Below are positions 1 through 10,100 of a stretch of 64,000 nucleotides of DNA, piece by piece. How positions within the stretch are numbered: position 1 is the stretch's first letter; every line of letters begins with the position of its first letter. The position numbers and the translations under genes are program-made. The notes below the pieces were generated by a model. That model made no database searches. It had not been told where the DNA came from and saw only the letters and a list, made by a program, of their open reading frames with translations. Origin of the DNA: an uncultured Bacteroidales bacterium (GTDB taxonomy: Bacteria > Bacteroidota > Bacteroidia > Bacteroidales > UBA10428); contig CAWEGX010000003.1 of assembly GCA_963808745.1 (NCBI GenBank), positions 466,197-530,196 of the forward strand. Reading direction: 5' to 3'.

Positions 1-2
1 CC

Positions 3-641
3 ATTGATCTCACTGTCCTGAAAAGTACCTCGAGCAACCTGATCATATCGTCGTGCGACAGTTATACAGCCCCGGACGGAGCAATATACACCACATCGGG
101 GATTAAAATTGCTGTCATTCCCAACTCAGCAGGATGTGACAGTATTATTTCAATCAATCTTACTATTAATATAATTGACATTACGATATCCCGGGAAGGC
201 AATATTTTGACCGTTTTTGAGCCCGGGGCTTTGTATCAGTGGCTTGATTGTGACAACAAATACAAACCCCTGATCAATGAAACCAACCAGACTCTGATAT
301 GCACAACAAACGGGAATTTTGCTGTAGAAGTTGTAAAAGGTGCCTGCACTGATACATCGGCCATTGAGGAAGTATCAATTTTTACTTCAATAGAAAATAT
401 CCCGCAAAACGGGATAATGGTTTATCCAAACCCGACAAATGGGATAATTCATGTGGATCTTGAAGCAGATACCTATGAAGGCAAAGTTGTAATAAGCGAT
501 CTTAATGGGAGTACTGTAAAGGAAATACAGTTTAATAATCAACGATTACTCACTATCACATTAAATGAACCGTCAGGTACATATTTTATAACCATCATTT
601 CCAATAATAATAAAACAGTATTCAGATTAGTAAAAAATTAA
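3..641 (+). CDS. Secreted protein with T9SS (Por) C-terminal sorting domain; 5' end lies outside the window
   Basis: The frame of the listed 207..641 ORF stays open back to nt 3. Cys-containing modules are present ('SCDSYTAPDGAIYTTSG', 'YQWLDCDN'). The C-terminus 'VYPNPTNGIIHVDL...GTYFITIISNNNKTVFRLVKN' is typical of Bacteroidota T9SS CTDs. Confidence 0.75.
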   Translation: MDLTVLKSTSSNLIISSCDSYTAPDGAIYTTSGIKIAVIPNSAGCDSIISINLTINIIDITISREGNILTVFEPGALYQWLDCDNKYKPLINETNQTLICTTNGNFAVEVVKGACTDTSAIEEVSIFTSIENIPQNGIMVYPNPTNGIIHVDLEADTYEGKVVISDLNGSTVKEIQFNNQRLLTITLNEPSGTYFITIISNNNKTVFRLVKN

Positions 642-825
642 TTTACGGACAGACTTCATATATGGCTGTGGATGATAAGATTCTGTATTCACTCATGTTA
701 TTCAGTGAAGAAAGCAGTCATGTTGCCTGAATTAAGTGTTTTTGACATTGAATATTGTAAACCAAAAGATTAGTTAAATCCCTAACTGTCAGATTAAGTC
801 ATAGATAGTTCAGATTATATGAGTA

Positions 826-1764
826 TTATACAGTAATAACCACATGCCCTTTTTTGTGTCCCTTATCCACGTATCTGTGAGCCTCCACTATTTGTTCCAA
901 AGGGTAGCGCCTGTCTATTACTGATCTTAACTTTCCTGCCTCGCAAAGATCTTTGAGAAAGACCAGGTCTTCAACTTTCAATTTAACATTGCCTGACAAA
1001 GAAAGTACGTTCAGATAAATTCCTGACTTCGTCAGGGATTTCTTGCGTTTTGAAGATGCTATCTTGCCAACTGCATCAAAAATAACATCATAGATATCAT
1101 TGTTTTGTGTAAAGTCTTCTTTCGTGTAATCGATAAGCTTATCTGCTCCCAGGGATTTCACCATTTCCAGATTTGAAGTGCTGCAAACGCCTGTAACTTC
1201 TGCCCCAAAGTGTTTGGCAAGCTGTACCGCAAAAGTACCAACACTGCCGGAAGCTCCGTAGATCAATACCTTTTGGCCCTTCTGAATATTTGCTTTTCTG
1301 AGATAATGCAGAGCAGTTAATGCCCCATTGGAAACCGGGGCTGCTTCCTCATAGGTCATGTTTGCCGGTTTAATTGTAAGGATCCCGTCTTCAGGCATAC
1401 AGCGGTACTGGGCATAAGCACCAAATTCAAATTCGGTGGATGCAAAGACCGGATCTCCTATTTTAAATCGCTTAACATCCTTGCCTATGTCTTCAATGTC
1501 TCCAGCCAGTTCCATTCCAAGTATTTTTATCCTTGGTCCCTTGAAACCCAGTTTGATAAGCATCAGGGGCTTGAAAAAGAAATCAATGACGGGTCCTATA
1601 CCTGGCTCCAGACGCCGGACCTTGGTATCCCCTATGTGCACTGTTGTAGCTTTTACTTTTATCAGTACTTCATTATCCTTCGGAAAAGGTTTTTCCACTT
1701 CCTTGAACATGAGAACTTCCGGTGGTCCGTATTTGGAACACAAGACTACTTTCATTTTTTCCAT
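826..1764 (-). CDS. NAD(P)-dependent alcohol dehydrogenase / quinone oxidoreductase (zinc-type MDR family)
   Basis: 312-aa ORF. The N-terminus '[39 protein letters not shown]' is a GroES-like fold. '[19 protein letters not shown]' is a Rossmann nucleotide-binding motif. Confidence 0.85.
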   Translation of the reverse strand: MEKMKVVLCSKYGPPEVLMFKEVEKPFPKDNEVLIKVKATTVHIGDTKVRRLEPGIGPVIDFFFKPLMLIKLGFKGPRIKILGMELAGDIEDIGKDVKRFKIGDPVFASTEFEFGAYAQYRCMPEDGILTIKPANMTYEEAAPVSNGALTALHYLRKANIQKGQKVLIYGASGSVGTFAVQLAKHFGAEVTGVCSTSNLEMVKSLGADKLIDYTKEDFTQNNDIYDVIFDAVGKIASSKRKKSLTKSGIYLNVLSLSGNVKLKVEDLVFLKDLCEAGKLRSVIDRRYPLEQIVEAHRYVDKGHKKGHVVITV

Positions 1765-1869
1765 TTTGAACTCAAATTTATCGGATTTCCAGTTTTATGA
1801 TCTATTGTTTCTTTCTATTGTTCCCAACGGCTGACCAAATGAACCGCAGGGGTTTTACCGGCAATTGCA

Positions 1870-2208
1870 TCATTTGCCAAAGTGTCCCATCTTTAAAGCA
1901 TCATTGATCATTTCCTTCAGAACTTTCATATCGATATCCTCCAGCTTATTTATGTAGATGCAGCCAACACCGGTCTTATGCTTGCCTAACTTTTCAAGAG
2001 AAGCAGCATGCATTCTGACATCCCCGGTAATGTACACGACAGACTCGCTTAGTGGCATATAATATGGTTTGCTACACTCAATTTCAATAACAAATTTATA
2101 CCTATAAATGTTAAGAATAGTCGGTAGGAATTTATTTCGGATAGCAACACAATAGCTGGAAAGACGGAGCTGATGACCCGCACAGGCCGGAATTCTTTGA
2201 CCATCCAT
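1870..2208 (-). CDS. Small protein with a DUF1801-like C-terminus ('KHKTGVGCIYINKLEDIDMKVLKEMI'); N-terminal half uncertain
   Basis: Only the C-terminal ~60 aa resemble the DUF1801/YdhG-like pattern. The true start may be the internal Met ('MPLSES...'), or the gene may be damaged. Confidence 0.35.
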   Translation of the reverse strand: MDGQRIPACAGHQLRLSSYCVAIRNKFLPTILNIYRYKFVIEIECSKPYYMPLSESVVYITGDVRMHAASLEKLGKHKTGVGCIYINKLEDIDMKVLKEMINDALKMGHFGK

Positions 2209-2431
2209 TTTACCGTTAAATACTTGATAACAAATTATTTGAAAAAATGAAAAATTTCCGGCGAAAGGGGGTCAAAATGACCGATTTTTCCAATATGCTT
2301 CATCCGTGTCCCCAGTCTCATGGATTTTGGTAAGGAGGTTAATTCAAATTTAAAAAGCATCAATGCCCAAAATATTTAATATTTAGGGATTGTAAATTTC
2401 TTCTATTAAAATGAACATGAATCTATCACCG

Positions 2432-3145
2432 TCAGAACAAAAAATCCGCAAAGGCTTTGGCCGGAACCTGCCAAATCTCATGAAATCTGAACTGCCAGAA
2501 GACCTCCAGGAATACAAGGGTAATAAGAACAACTAAAAACGGACGGTAATTGTTCTTTTTACGGATGTCGAATACCAGGAATACGAGGGCAATGACAATG
2601 GCCAAAAAATAGGAAATATGCACAGATGAATCTCCCGGAAATTTAAATCTGACGGCCAATAGCCTCCCCAAACCGGGGCCAAGCATCACCAAAGCGGTAC
2701 CGATCATATACCTCATATGGATCGCCATGTTTCTGCTGTTAAAAATAGCGAGATAATAAAAAAGTATGAAAGCGAACATATTGGTAATCCCCAGGACCGT
2801 GCTTGCAAGGGATTCCTGTAGAGTTAAAGTTGCAATGGATCGTTCATAGACCATTTTTGAAATCATGAATATTGAAAGAATCATTAAAGGTGCGGCAATA
2901 AGGGAAAGCTTGCCGATAAACCTGTGGATCTGAAATAACCTGGCTTTTATCAGCAACGGCTGAATGATCAGAAAGGTCATCCAAACCAGCATCATAATCC
3001 CATGAAAATGTTGTTCATGACGAAAGCCCTGGAATTTAGGAAAAAACATCAGGTAGGTCTGGTAAAAACCCAAGATTAATATTAAAAGAATGGTTGTGAA
3101 AAATAAACTCAGGTAACCAAATTGGGTGGATTTAGATTGTGCCAT
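2432..3145 (-). CDS. Multi-pass integral membrane protein, unknown function
   Basis: 237-aa ORF with about 6-7 hydrophobic segments. A truncated paralog lies at 11823..12368, and its first 98 nt are duplicated at 4756..4853. Confidence 0.7.
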   Translation of the reverse strand: MAQSKSTQFGYLSLFFTTILLILILGFYQTYLMFFPKFQGFRHEQHFHGIMMLVWMTFLIIQPLLIKARLFQIHRFIGKLSLIAAPLMILSIFMISKMVYERSIATLTLQESLASTVLGITNMFAFILFYYLAIFNSRNMAIHMRYMIGTALVMLGPGLGRLLAVRFKFPGDSSVHISYFLAIVIALVFLVFDIRKKNNYRPFLVVLITLVFLEVFWQFRFHEIWQVPAKAFADFLF

Positions 3146-3456
3146 AATTTGAATTTTTTAGTTATGAATAATTGTGAATCCAGTGATAACGCAATTAGTC
3201 TGACCGGGGATTTAATGTGACTGATCAGCATGGAGCAAAGATTTTAGGCAGTTTATACGTTTGTATCTTAGAAGTTTACCTAAGGCAAAAACAAAGATTC
3301 AGACAGATTGTTCGAGGCAATTTCTGCATAGTCAAAAGGGGAACAGAGAGTTTTTTGTAAACCAGAAATAACTCGGATCAGGTATTCCTCAGATAGTCTT
3401 AAAGAGCAGAAATTTATTGATCAGTTAAAATGGGCGGATAGAGTGCAGAATGCTTC
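3048..3456. repeat. Copy A of a near-identical ~410-nt duplication (partner 4756..5163)
   Basis: By-eye alignment at a fixed offset of 1708 nt shows about half a dozen differences. The copy covers the 5' end of the membrane-protein gene plus the upstream spacer. Confidence 0.9.
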
Positions 3457-3610
3457 ATCCGGGATCTCATTCAGAAAGATTACCGGATCGATGTTCAAAC
3501 TTCCCGTATTCCTTTTCAAGACGTCATGCCATATGACCGATACCCGGCCGGTAATCGAGTTTTGGGGCTGGACCGCACCACTCCTCCGAGTCAATGATCG
3601 TTTTATCTGA

Positions 3611-4703
3611 CTATTTTGTAAAGAAACCTGCTCCTAAATTAGCTCCCGTTGTGCCTGGCACCAATTGAAGATAATTACGATTGGTAGGATCTTCTTCTAT
3701 TTTGAAGACTTCCTGTTTTTTTAACAATAACATCTTTGCCATATTTCAATTTGGCGGGATTTGCTTTTACTCCAAATCCTGCAGCTCCACCGCCCTTATT
3801 TACAAATTCATTATAACCTGTTATAATAGAGTTCTTTATTGTATAAGTATTTTTTTCTTCTTTATCCAACACCCAGATTACATTGGCGTTGCTAATTACG
3901 TTGTTGTAAAATTTAAAATCTTCAGCTGTTGACCAGGTCCATACGATTGCTCCATAAGTGTTTGCAAAAAGATTATGGTGCATTTCGCATTTAACGGCTG
4001 GTGTATTCCACATAACTACAGCATCTTTAATACCATAGAACACACAATGATCTACTTCTAATGCGCTTCCGCTTGCCAGAATTCCTAAATGATTTGGAAG
4101 TGTAATTTTGTTTCCTAAAAATAAACATTGAGTAACTCTAAAATCTTCAAGGTCTTTACCATCCCACATAATTGGGTAATTTCTGATTAAAATATCTTTG
4201 GTTGGGCTTTCGTGCACGGGTTCACCTAAAATACGTAATCCCTGAATGGTAACATGGCTTGTTTCAATGAGTATACCATAGTTAAAAGCGCCTGTAAGCT
4301 CTTTTTTATCATTCTTTTCTTCTATATCAAAAGGCATGGTGGATACTATAACAGGCATATCACCTGGATTCCAACTGGCATCGTCAGGTAATTTTTCAGC
4401 ACTTATAATTAAACGTTCTGCATTGGAAAACTGCCACATTAACGGGTTAAATTTTGCTGTTTCTGCCATGCCGTAAACACCTTTGGAAATTAAAATGGTA
4501 ATTGCTCCTTTTCCTTCTGAGTTATTTACTCTTTTAGAAGCTTCGCTTAAAGATTTTAACGGACTTTCTTTTGTGCCGTTATTTTGATCATTTCCGGTAT
4601 TTGCATTAATAAATATTTCTTTTGAATTTTGAGCAAATACAGTAGTTTGTAAAGCTAGTAAAATCACAAGTGTTTTCAAAGCATATAAAGTAATTTTATT
4701 CAT
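3611..4703 (-). CDS. Secreted right-handed beta-helix (pectate-lyase-fold) protein, paralog A; one frameshift near the 3' end
   Basis: Signal peptide, then 'IFINANTGNDQNNGTKESPLKSLSEASKRV', an N-terminus typical of beta-helix proteins. The listed ORF 3675..4703 ends early. After a shift at the T4 run (~3700) the frame reads 'IEEDPTNRNYLQLVPGTTGANLGAGFFTK*', matching the C-terminus of paralog B. Confidence 0.7.
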
Positions 4704-4755
4704 AACAATATTTCTAATGTTTACTACTCATGTAAATTAAGACTACATTACTGAT

Positions 4756-4853
4756 ATCAGGTAGGTCTGGTAAAAACTCAAGATTAATATTAAAAGAATG
4801 GTTGAGAAAAATAAACTCAGGTAACCAAATTGGGTGGATTTAGATTGTGCCAT
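4756..4853 (-). pseudogene. Duplicated 5' fragment (first ~33 codons) of the 2432..3145 membrane-protein gene
   Basis: Nearly identical to 3048..3145, including the ATG (complement of 'cat' at 4851-4853). No continuation of the gene follows. Confidence 0.8.
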
Positions 4854-5163
4854 AATTTGAATTTTTTAGTTATGAATAATTGTGAATCCAGTGAAACGCA
4901 ATTAGCCTGACCGGGGATTTAATGTGACTGATCAGCATGGAGCAAAGATTTTAGGCAGTTTATACGTTTGTATCTTAGAAGTTTACCTAAGGCAAAAACA
5001 AAGATTCAGACAGATTGTTCGAGGCAATTTGTGCATAGTCAAAAGGGGAACAGAGAGTTTTTTGTAAACCAGAAATAACTCGGATCAGGTATTCCTCAGA
5101 TAGTCTTAAAGAGCAGAAATTTATTGATCAGTTAAAATGGGCGGATAGAGTGCAGAATGCTTC
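4756..5163. repeat. Copy B of the near-identical ~410-nt duplication (partner 3048..3456)
   Basis: See copy A. Identity ends at 'gaatgcttc', after which copy A carries an extra ~133 nt. Confidence 0.9.
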
Positions 5164-5188
5164 CGGGTCAAATGATCGTTTTATCTGA

Positions 5189-6283
5189 CTATTTTGTGAA
5201 GAGTCCTGCTCCTAAATTAGCTCCGGTTGTTCCTGGCACCAATTGAAGATAATTCCGGCTGGTAGGGTCTTCTTCTATTTGAAGGGCACCCTCTTTTTTA
5301 ACAATAACATCTTTGCCAAGTTTTAATTTACCAGGGTCAGCTTTTTCACCAAAACCTGCGGGACCGCCGCCTTTGTTGACCAACTCATTATAGCCAATGA
5401 TCAAAGAATTTGAAAGCGAGAACGATGCTTTTTCGTCTTTGTTTAAAATCCAAATAACATTGGTATTCCCGATAACATTATTGTAAAATTTTAAATCTTC
5501 GGCGGCAGACCAAGTCCAAATATTTGCACCATAATTACCGATAAACAGATTGTGATGGACTTCACAATTCCTGGCAGGTTCGTCAGAAAACCAGAAGACA
5601 ACAGCATCTTTGCAATGATAGAAGACACAGTGATCAACCACCACTCCCTGGCCACTTGCCAGGATTGCCAGGTGGTTGGGAATGGCCTGACGATCCCCGA
5701 TAAAAAGGCACTGGGTAACCCTAAGATCATCGAGATCTCTGCCTTCCCGCACAATGGGATAATTTCTCCTTACCAATCCTTCTTCAGGTCTTTCATGTAC
5801 AGGTGTGCCTAAAATCCTAAGACCCTGTACGGTAACATGACTGGTTTCAATTTGAATTCCATAAGATGCCCCGCCAAGCGGATCCTGCCTGCCATAAGGT
5901 TTAAAATCAAGGGGCATGGTGGATATAATAACCGGCATTTTGCCAGGATTCCAATCTGCATCATCCGGTAAGACTGCTGCCCGGATGGTCAGCCGTTCTT
6001 CCCTGGTAAAATGCCAGTTCACCGGATGAAAAGTCACAGTAGCATCCAGACCATATATTCCTTCAGACAGAAATATGTTAATTGATCCTTTGCCGTTGGC
6101 CTGATTAACCCTTTTGGCTGCCTCAAACAGCGATTTCAGTGGTTGATCGGCTGATCCCGTGTTTTGATCGTTGCCGGAATTCGAATTAATGAATATCTCT
6201 GTTTTATTTTGAGCAGATACAACAGTTTGTAATGTGAATATTATTACAAAGACTGGCAAAAGGCATAAGAATCTTGATTTCAT
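5189..6283 (-). CDS. Secreted right-handed beta-helix (pectate-lyase-fold) protein, paralog B (intact)
   Basis: 364-aa ORF with a signal peptide. 'IFINSNSGNDQNTGSADQPLKSLFEAAKRV' is colinear with paralog A along its whole length but clearly diverged. Confidence 0.8.
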   Translation of the reverse strand: MKSRFLCLLPVFVIIFTLQTVVSAQNKTEIFINSNSGNDQNTGSADQPLKSLFEAAKRVNQANGKGSINIFLSEGIYGLDATVTFHPVNWHFTREERLTIRAAVLPDDADWNPGKMPVIISTMPLDFKPYGRQDPLGGASYGIQIETSHVTVQGLRILGTPVHERPEEGLVRRNYPIVREGRDLDDLRVTQCLFIGDRQAIPNHLAILASGQGVVVDHCVFYHCKDAVVFWFSDEPARNCEVHHNLFIGNYGANIWTWSAAEDLKFYNNVIGNTNVIWILNKDEKASFSLSNSLIIGYNELVNKGGGPAGFGEKADPGKLKLGKDVIVKKEGALQIEEDPTSRNYLQLVPGTTGANLGAGLFTK

Positions 6284-6394
6284 TTTTGTCTTTTTCAGTT
6301 AATTAAAAATATTATTCTTGTCGGTTTATTGAATATTTTATTCCTTCATAATTGACAGGTTTTGTCCCTATTGTATTTTTCATGGTTATTTCTT

Positions 6395-7057
6395 TTATAA
6401 GTTAATTTTTGATTCTATTTCTTTGCGTGTAACGGTCTTGCCAAGTGCTCCAAATTCGTGCAAATCGCCAAATACCTCAATTCGGATAGATTGATTCAGT
6501 CCACCTACTTTAACTGGTTCAAATCCACTATCAATGATGAGTTCCTCAATTTCACCATAAATACTTGTATCATCTGTCGCATAAAAAAGAACCGCTTTTT
6601 CGGGTGACTGATTGGCAGCATTGAGAAGCGATGCTGCTCCCAGCGAACCCAATGCTTTAGCTAATTTTGCGTTTTTTGGCAATGCCTTGGCATTCAGTTC
6701 TCCGGCCGATTCCTTTTCACCGATAATCTTGGTGAAACCACCTTTACCATCGGGAGCAATTGGATTAGAAACATCAATAATAATTTTACCCTGCAATTCA
6801 CTTGCATATTGATTGAAGAATCCGTTCAGCGTATTAAACCAGATGGCCGGAATAATGATACCTGCTTCTTTAATCGCCTCCTTTATTCCCATTGGTTTGG
6901 CCAGGCCACCTAACTTTTCAGCAAAAGTATTGGCCTTGGTTATTTCCCGTGCTGCAACAATAACAGGACGGTTATTTTTAACCAGATTCACAGCAATTGC
7001 CTGCCCGATATTGCCAAGACCGATAATAGCAATTTTTGATTTTCTTTCGTCTTTCAT
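6395..7057 (-). CDS. NAD(P)-binding oxidoreductase, NADPH-dependent F420 reductase-like family
   Basis: 'KIAIIGLGNIGQAIAVNLVKNNRPVIVAAR' is an N-terminal Rossmann motif. The ~220-aa size fits the family. Confidence 0.7.
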   Translation of the reverse strand: MKDERKSKIAIIGLGNIGQAIAVNLVKNNRPVIVAAREITKANTFAEKLGGLAKPMGIKEAIKEAGIIIPAIWFNTLNGFFNQYASELQGKIIIDVSNPIAPDGKGGFTKIIGEKESAGELNAKALPKNAKLAKALGSLGAASLLNAANQSPEKAVLFYATDDTSIYGEIEELIIDSGFEPVKVGGLNQSIRIEVFGDLHEFGALGKTVTRKEIESKINL

Positions 7058-7170
7058 TTTTTATCTTATTAAGATTAAATAATAAGACAAAAGTAAACCA
7101 CAGGTCTTGTTACGGCCAATGAACTTTTTTAAGAAATAGTCTTAATATATATTAAGGGTAAAGAAGCAAT

Positions 7171-7740
7171 TCAATGGATTTCACCCCGTATTCTACTTAA
7201 AAACTCAGGAGTTATTCCAAGATAAGAGGCTATTTGAGTATTAGGAAGCCTTCTTGACAAATTGGGATATTGTTCTAAAAAGGAATTATATCTTTCTTGC
7301 GCGGTTGAACTAATATTTTGCAGCACCCTGTTTTGCAATTCAATAAACTTGTTTTCAATCATTACTCTGAAAATGCGATCGAATTTGTGATAATATGTAT
7401 ACAGATACCACAAATCACTTTTTGCAATTTGAAGAATTTGAGAGGGTTCAATGGCCTCAATGTAGAGCTTGCTGGGTCTCTCATTATGCAAACTATCAAT
7501 ATCTGTTAACCAATCATTTTCTGCAGCAAACTGAAGATTATGCTCTTTCCCGTTCTCATCTACTTTGTACATTTTCAGACAACCTTCCACTACAAATACA
7601 TAATGAGTACAAACGTCTCCTTCCTGAAGAATAAACTGCCTGCGCTTAATCTGTCTTTTAGTAAAACGAGCTGTTAATTCAGCTTTTTCAGTTTCACTTA
7701 AAGAGAGATAATTATTAAAATATCTTATTAGTTTATCCAT
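7171..7740 (-). CDS. Crp/Fnr family transcriptional regulator
   Basis: 189 aa. It has a cyclic-nucleotide-binding-like beta-roll ('FILQEGDVCTHYVFVVEGCLKMY') and a C-terminal HTH ('LPNTQIASYLGITPEFLSRIR'). Confidence 0.85.
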   Translation of the reverse strand: MDKLIRYFNNYLSLSETEKAELTARFTKRQIKRRQFILQEGDVCTHYVFVVEGCLKMYKVDENGKEHNLQFAAENDWLTDIDSLHNERPSKLYIEAIEPSQILQIAKSDLWYLYTYYHKFDRIFRVMIENKFIELQNRVLQNISSTAQERYNSFLEQYPNLSRRLPNTQIASYLGITPEFLSRIRGEIH

Positions 7741-7759
7741 TTTTAAAGTCGTAGCTTAT

Positions 7760-8633
7760 TCATCTGATGTGAGCCAATCCTTTCCAGCTGATATAGTTAG
7801 ACTGGATTCCCAGGGAATCTATCAGTTCCCGTATTTCCACGGTTTTCAAAATATGGGTATTAAATCCTTTCCCCACATCGTTGTTATACACCCAGGATGG
7901 AGTTGGCCACAGACAAGCTTTAAACTTCACCGTCCGGTAGAAATCCTTACTTACCCCTTGCTGACCGTGATGTGCCATCTGAATGTAGTCACAATCCAAC
8001 TCTTTACGGTATGGACCAGACAACAGCCGATCACCCTCCTCGCTTCCGCAATCCCCCAAAAATAACATTGATTTTGAATCATCCCATACCCTTATAATCA
8101 TACTTGAATTGTTGTATGGATTGACCAAAATATCTTCATTGGTGACTCCCAGTATTTTGAACTGCGTGTGATCCAGTAGTATAACCGGTCCAGCTTCTTT
8201 TACATTTATTACCTGGATTCCGGATTTTTTCAAAAAAGTATAAAATGCTTCAACCCCTTCTTTAGAACCAGGATCTGCACTGTATAATTGCGAAGAAAAT
8301 TCAGAATGATAGATCTTTTCTATTTTTAAATCTCTGGGATCATATTAAAATTTCAAGCAACGCTCCGATATGATCCGGATGAGGATGACTAATAAACCAG
8401 ATATCTACTTTATTCCCAAGAGCAGCGAGAAATCCCCGCAGATAAGGAGCCTCAGCACTAACGCCACCGTCCATTACAGCTATTTTACCATCCACAGTGC
8501 GAAATACATATGAGTTGCCAATCGTATTGATCTGGGATGGAAGCTGCCACAATTCAAAATCCGACTTTGTCTGTGAATTGACATTCCCTGCCAATGCGAA
8601 AACAAGTAATATAACCGAAGTAATTTTATTCAT
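7760..8633 (-). CDS. Secreted MBL-fold metallo-hydrolase, interrupted by one frameshift (~8340)
   Basis: The N-terminal piece has a signal peptide and the 'SHPHPDHIGAL' (HxHxDH) motif. After the stop at 8340 the adjacent frame reads 'DPRDLKIEKIYHSEFS...KKSGIQVINV', in frame with ORF 7760..8233 ('MAHHGQQGVS'). Confidence 0.7.
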
Positions 8634-8729
8634 TTTAAAATGTCGATTTAATATTGAAATGATGTCTGTCAGGCGTCCCAAAATTGGAAAAACCGTTTAT
8701 TCTTCTACAATAACCGGCACAGTTTACTC

Positions 8730-10022
8730 TCAGCTTGATAGGTTACCGGATGGATGTTTATACTTCCTGTATTCCCTTTTCAGTTGAGCAGATGCTTCAG
8801 GATTGTCAATTATTTCGCGCTTCTTCTGATCCCATTTAACTATCGAACCAGTGTTATATGCGATCATCGCAAGCTGAACAGTTGCAGTGGATTTAAACGC
8901 ATCTTCGGGATCACAGGTGATGAGTCCCTTATCCTTGTTCCTGACAGCCTGCAGAAAATTGGCCACGTGATCTTCCTGCATCTGCGGTGTAGGAATATCC
9001 ATATCTTCACGCTTGCTGTCCTTTCCCGCCGGAAAGATCACCACCTTTGAATCCTGCACAAACAGAGCGCCTTTATCACCATGGAAATATATTCCGTTAC
9101 TGAATTCTGATGATGCATCACCGTTACCCCATAACCTGTGCTGCCATATTACCGGTGCTTTTCTGAAATTCATGGTGGCTGTAAGCGTATCGGGTGTTGT
9201 GATCTGATCCTTCAATACATAAATTCCACCCCTGCTAAAGAATTCATCAGGCATCTCCTCGTCCATAATATTCCTGATAATATCTATATGATGGATCCCC
9301 CAGTCGACCAGATGCCCATTCCCGTATTCCTTTTCAAGACGCCATGCCATATGACCGATACTCGGCCGGTAATCGAGTTTTGGGGCGGGACCGCACCACT
9401 CCTCCCAGTCGAGAGTTGACGGAGGAGCCTGAACAGTGGTTTCCTTCAAAACAGGGTTATAGTTTATCTGCGCCACCACCTGGTGCAGGTTACCAATCCG
9501 TCCGCCGTTTATGAGTTCCTTTGCTTTTTTAAATGCATTGCTTTGCCTGCGCTGGAACCCAACCTGTACAATATTGCCGGCCTTCTTTGCCGCATCCACC
9601 ATGGCCAGCCCTTCCATCACGTCATATGCCAACGGCTTCTCGCAATAAATATCAAATCCCTTTTTGCAGGCCGCGATAAACTGAAGCGCATGCCAATGCG
9701 GAATAGTGCCGATGAAGATCACTTCAAGGTTTTTCTGATCGAGCAATTCAGGGTAATACTTGAACGTCTTCGGTCGGGTTCCCTGAAGCTTTTCAAGTTC
9801 ATCGGCGCTGCTATTCAGGTGATCCGAATCGACATCGCAAACCGCGGCAATTTCGACACCACCGGATTTCAGCGCAGCACGGGAAATAACCATGCCATAC
9901 CATCCTGCCCCGATGAGTCCGATTTTGATTTTCCTTTCCTGAAAAACAGAAGGTAAATAAACGGATGAAACCAATGCAGTAGTACCTATGCCGGATACTT
10001 TCAGGAAATCTCTTCTTTTCAT
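8730..10022 (-). CDS. Gfo/Idh/MocA family oxidoreductase with TAT signal
   Basis: 'MKRRDFLKVSGIGTTAL' is a twin-arginine leader. 'KIGLIGAGWYGM' is a Rossmann motif. 430 aa. Confidence 0.85.
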   Translation of the reverse strand: MKRRDFLKVSGIGTTALVSSVYLPSVFQERKIKIGLIGAGWYGMVISRAALKSGGVEIAAVCDVDSDHLNSSADELEKLQGTRPKTFKYYPELLDQKNLEVIFIGTIPHWHALQFIAACKKGFDIYCEKPLAYDVMEGLAMVDAAKKAGNIVQVGFQRRQSNAFKKAKELINGGRIGNLHQVVAQINYNPVLKETTVQAPPSTLDWEEWCGPAPKLDYRPSIGHMAWRLEKEYGNGHLVDWGIHHIDIIRNIMDEEMPDEFFSRGGIYVLKDQITTPDTLTATMNFRKAPVIWQHRLWGNGDASSEFSNGIYFHGDKGALFVQDSKVVIFPAGKDSKREDMDIPTPQMQEDHVANFLQAVRNKDKGLITCDPEDAFKSTATVQLAMIAYNTGSIVKWDQKKREIIDNPEASAQLKREYRKYKHPSGNLSS

Positions 10023-10100
10023 GTGAGGTTTTTTTAATTGGGAAAAGCGATTAATTAATCGAATTTATGAAATTCAGAACACTGAACATAATAAATTCAT

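Noticed and set aside
3611-6283. Diversity-generating retroelement acting on the diverged beta-helix paralogs
   Set aside because: There is no reverse transcriptase gene and no template/variable repeat pair with adenine-specific differences. Divergence is spread along the whole genes.
9483-9956. Long antisense or overlapping ORFs in the track (for example 1436..1834, 9483..9956, 11089..11649, 21720..22178, 30369..30857, 41898..42362, 48327..48917, 59568..59927)
   Set aside because: Each lies entirely inside a well-supported gene on the opposite strand or in another frame. Their composition is low-complexity or biased and matches no recognisable family. They are typical shadow ORFs.
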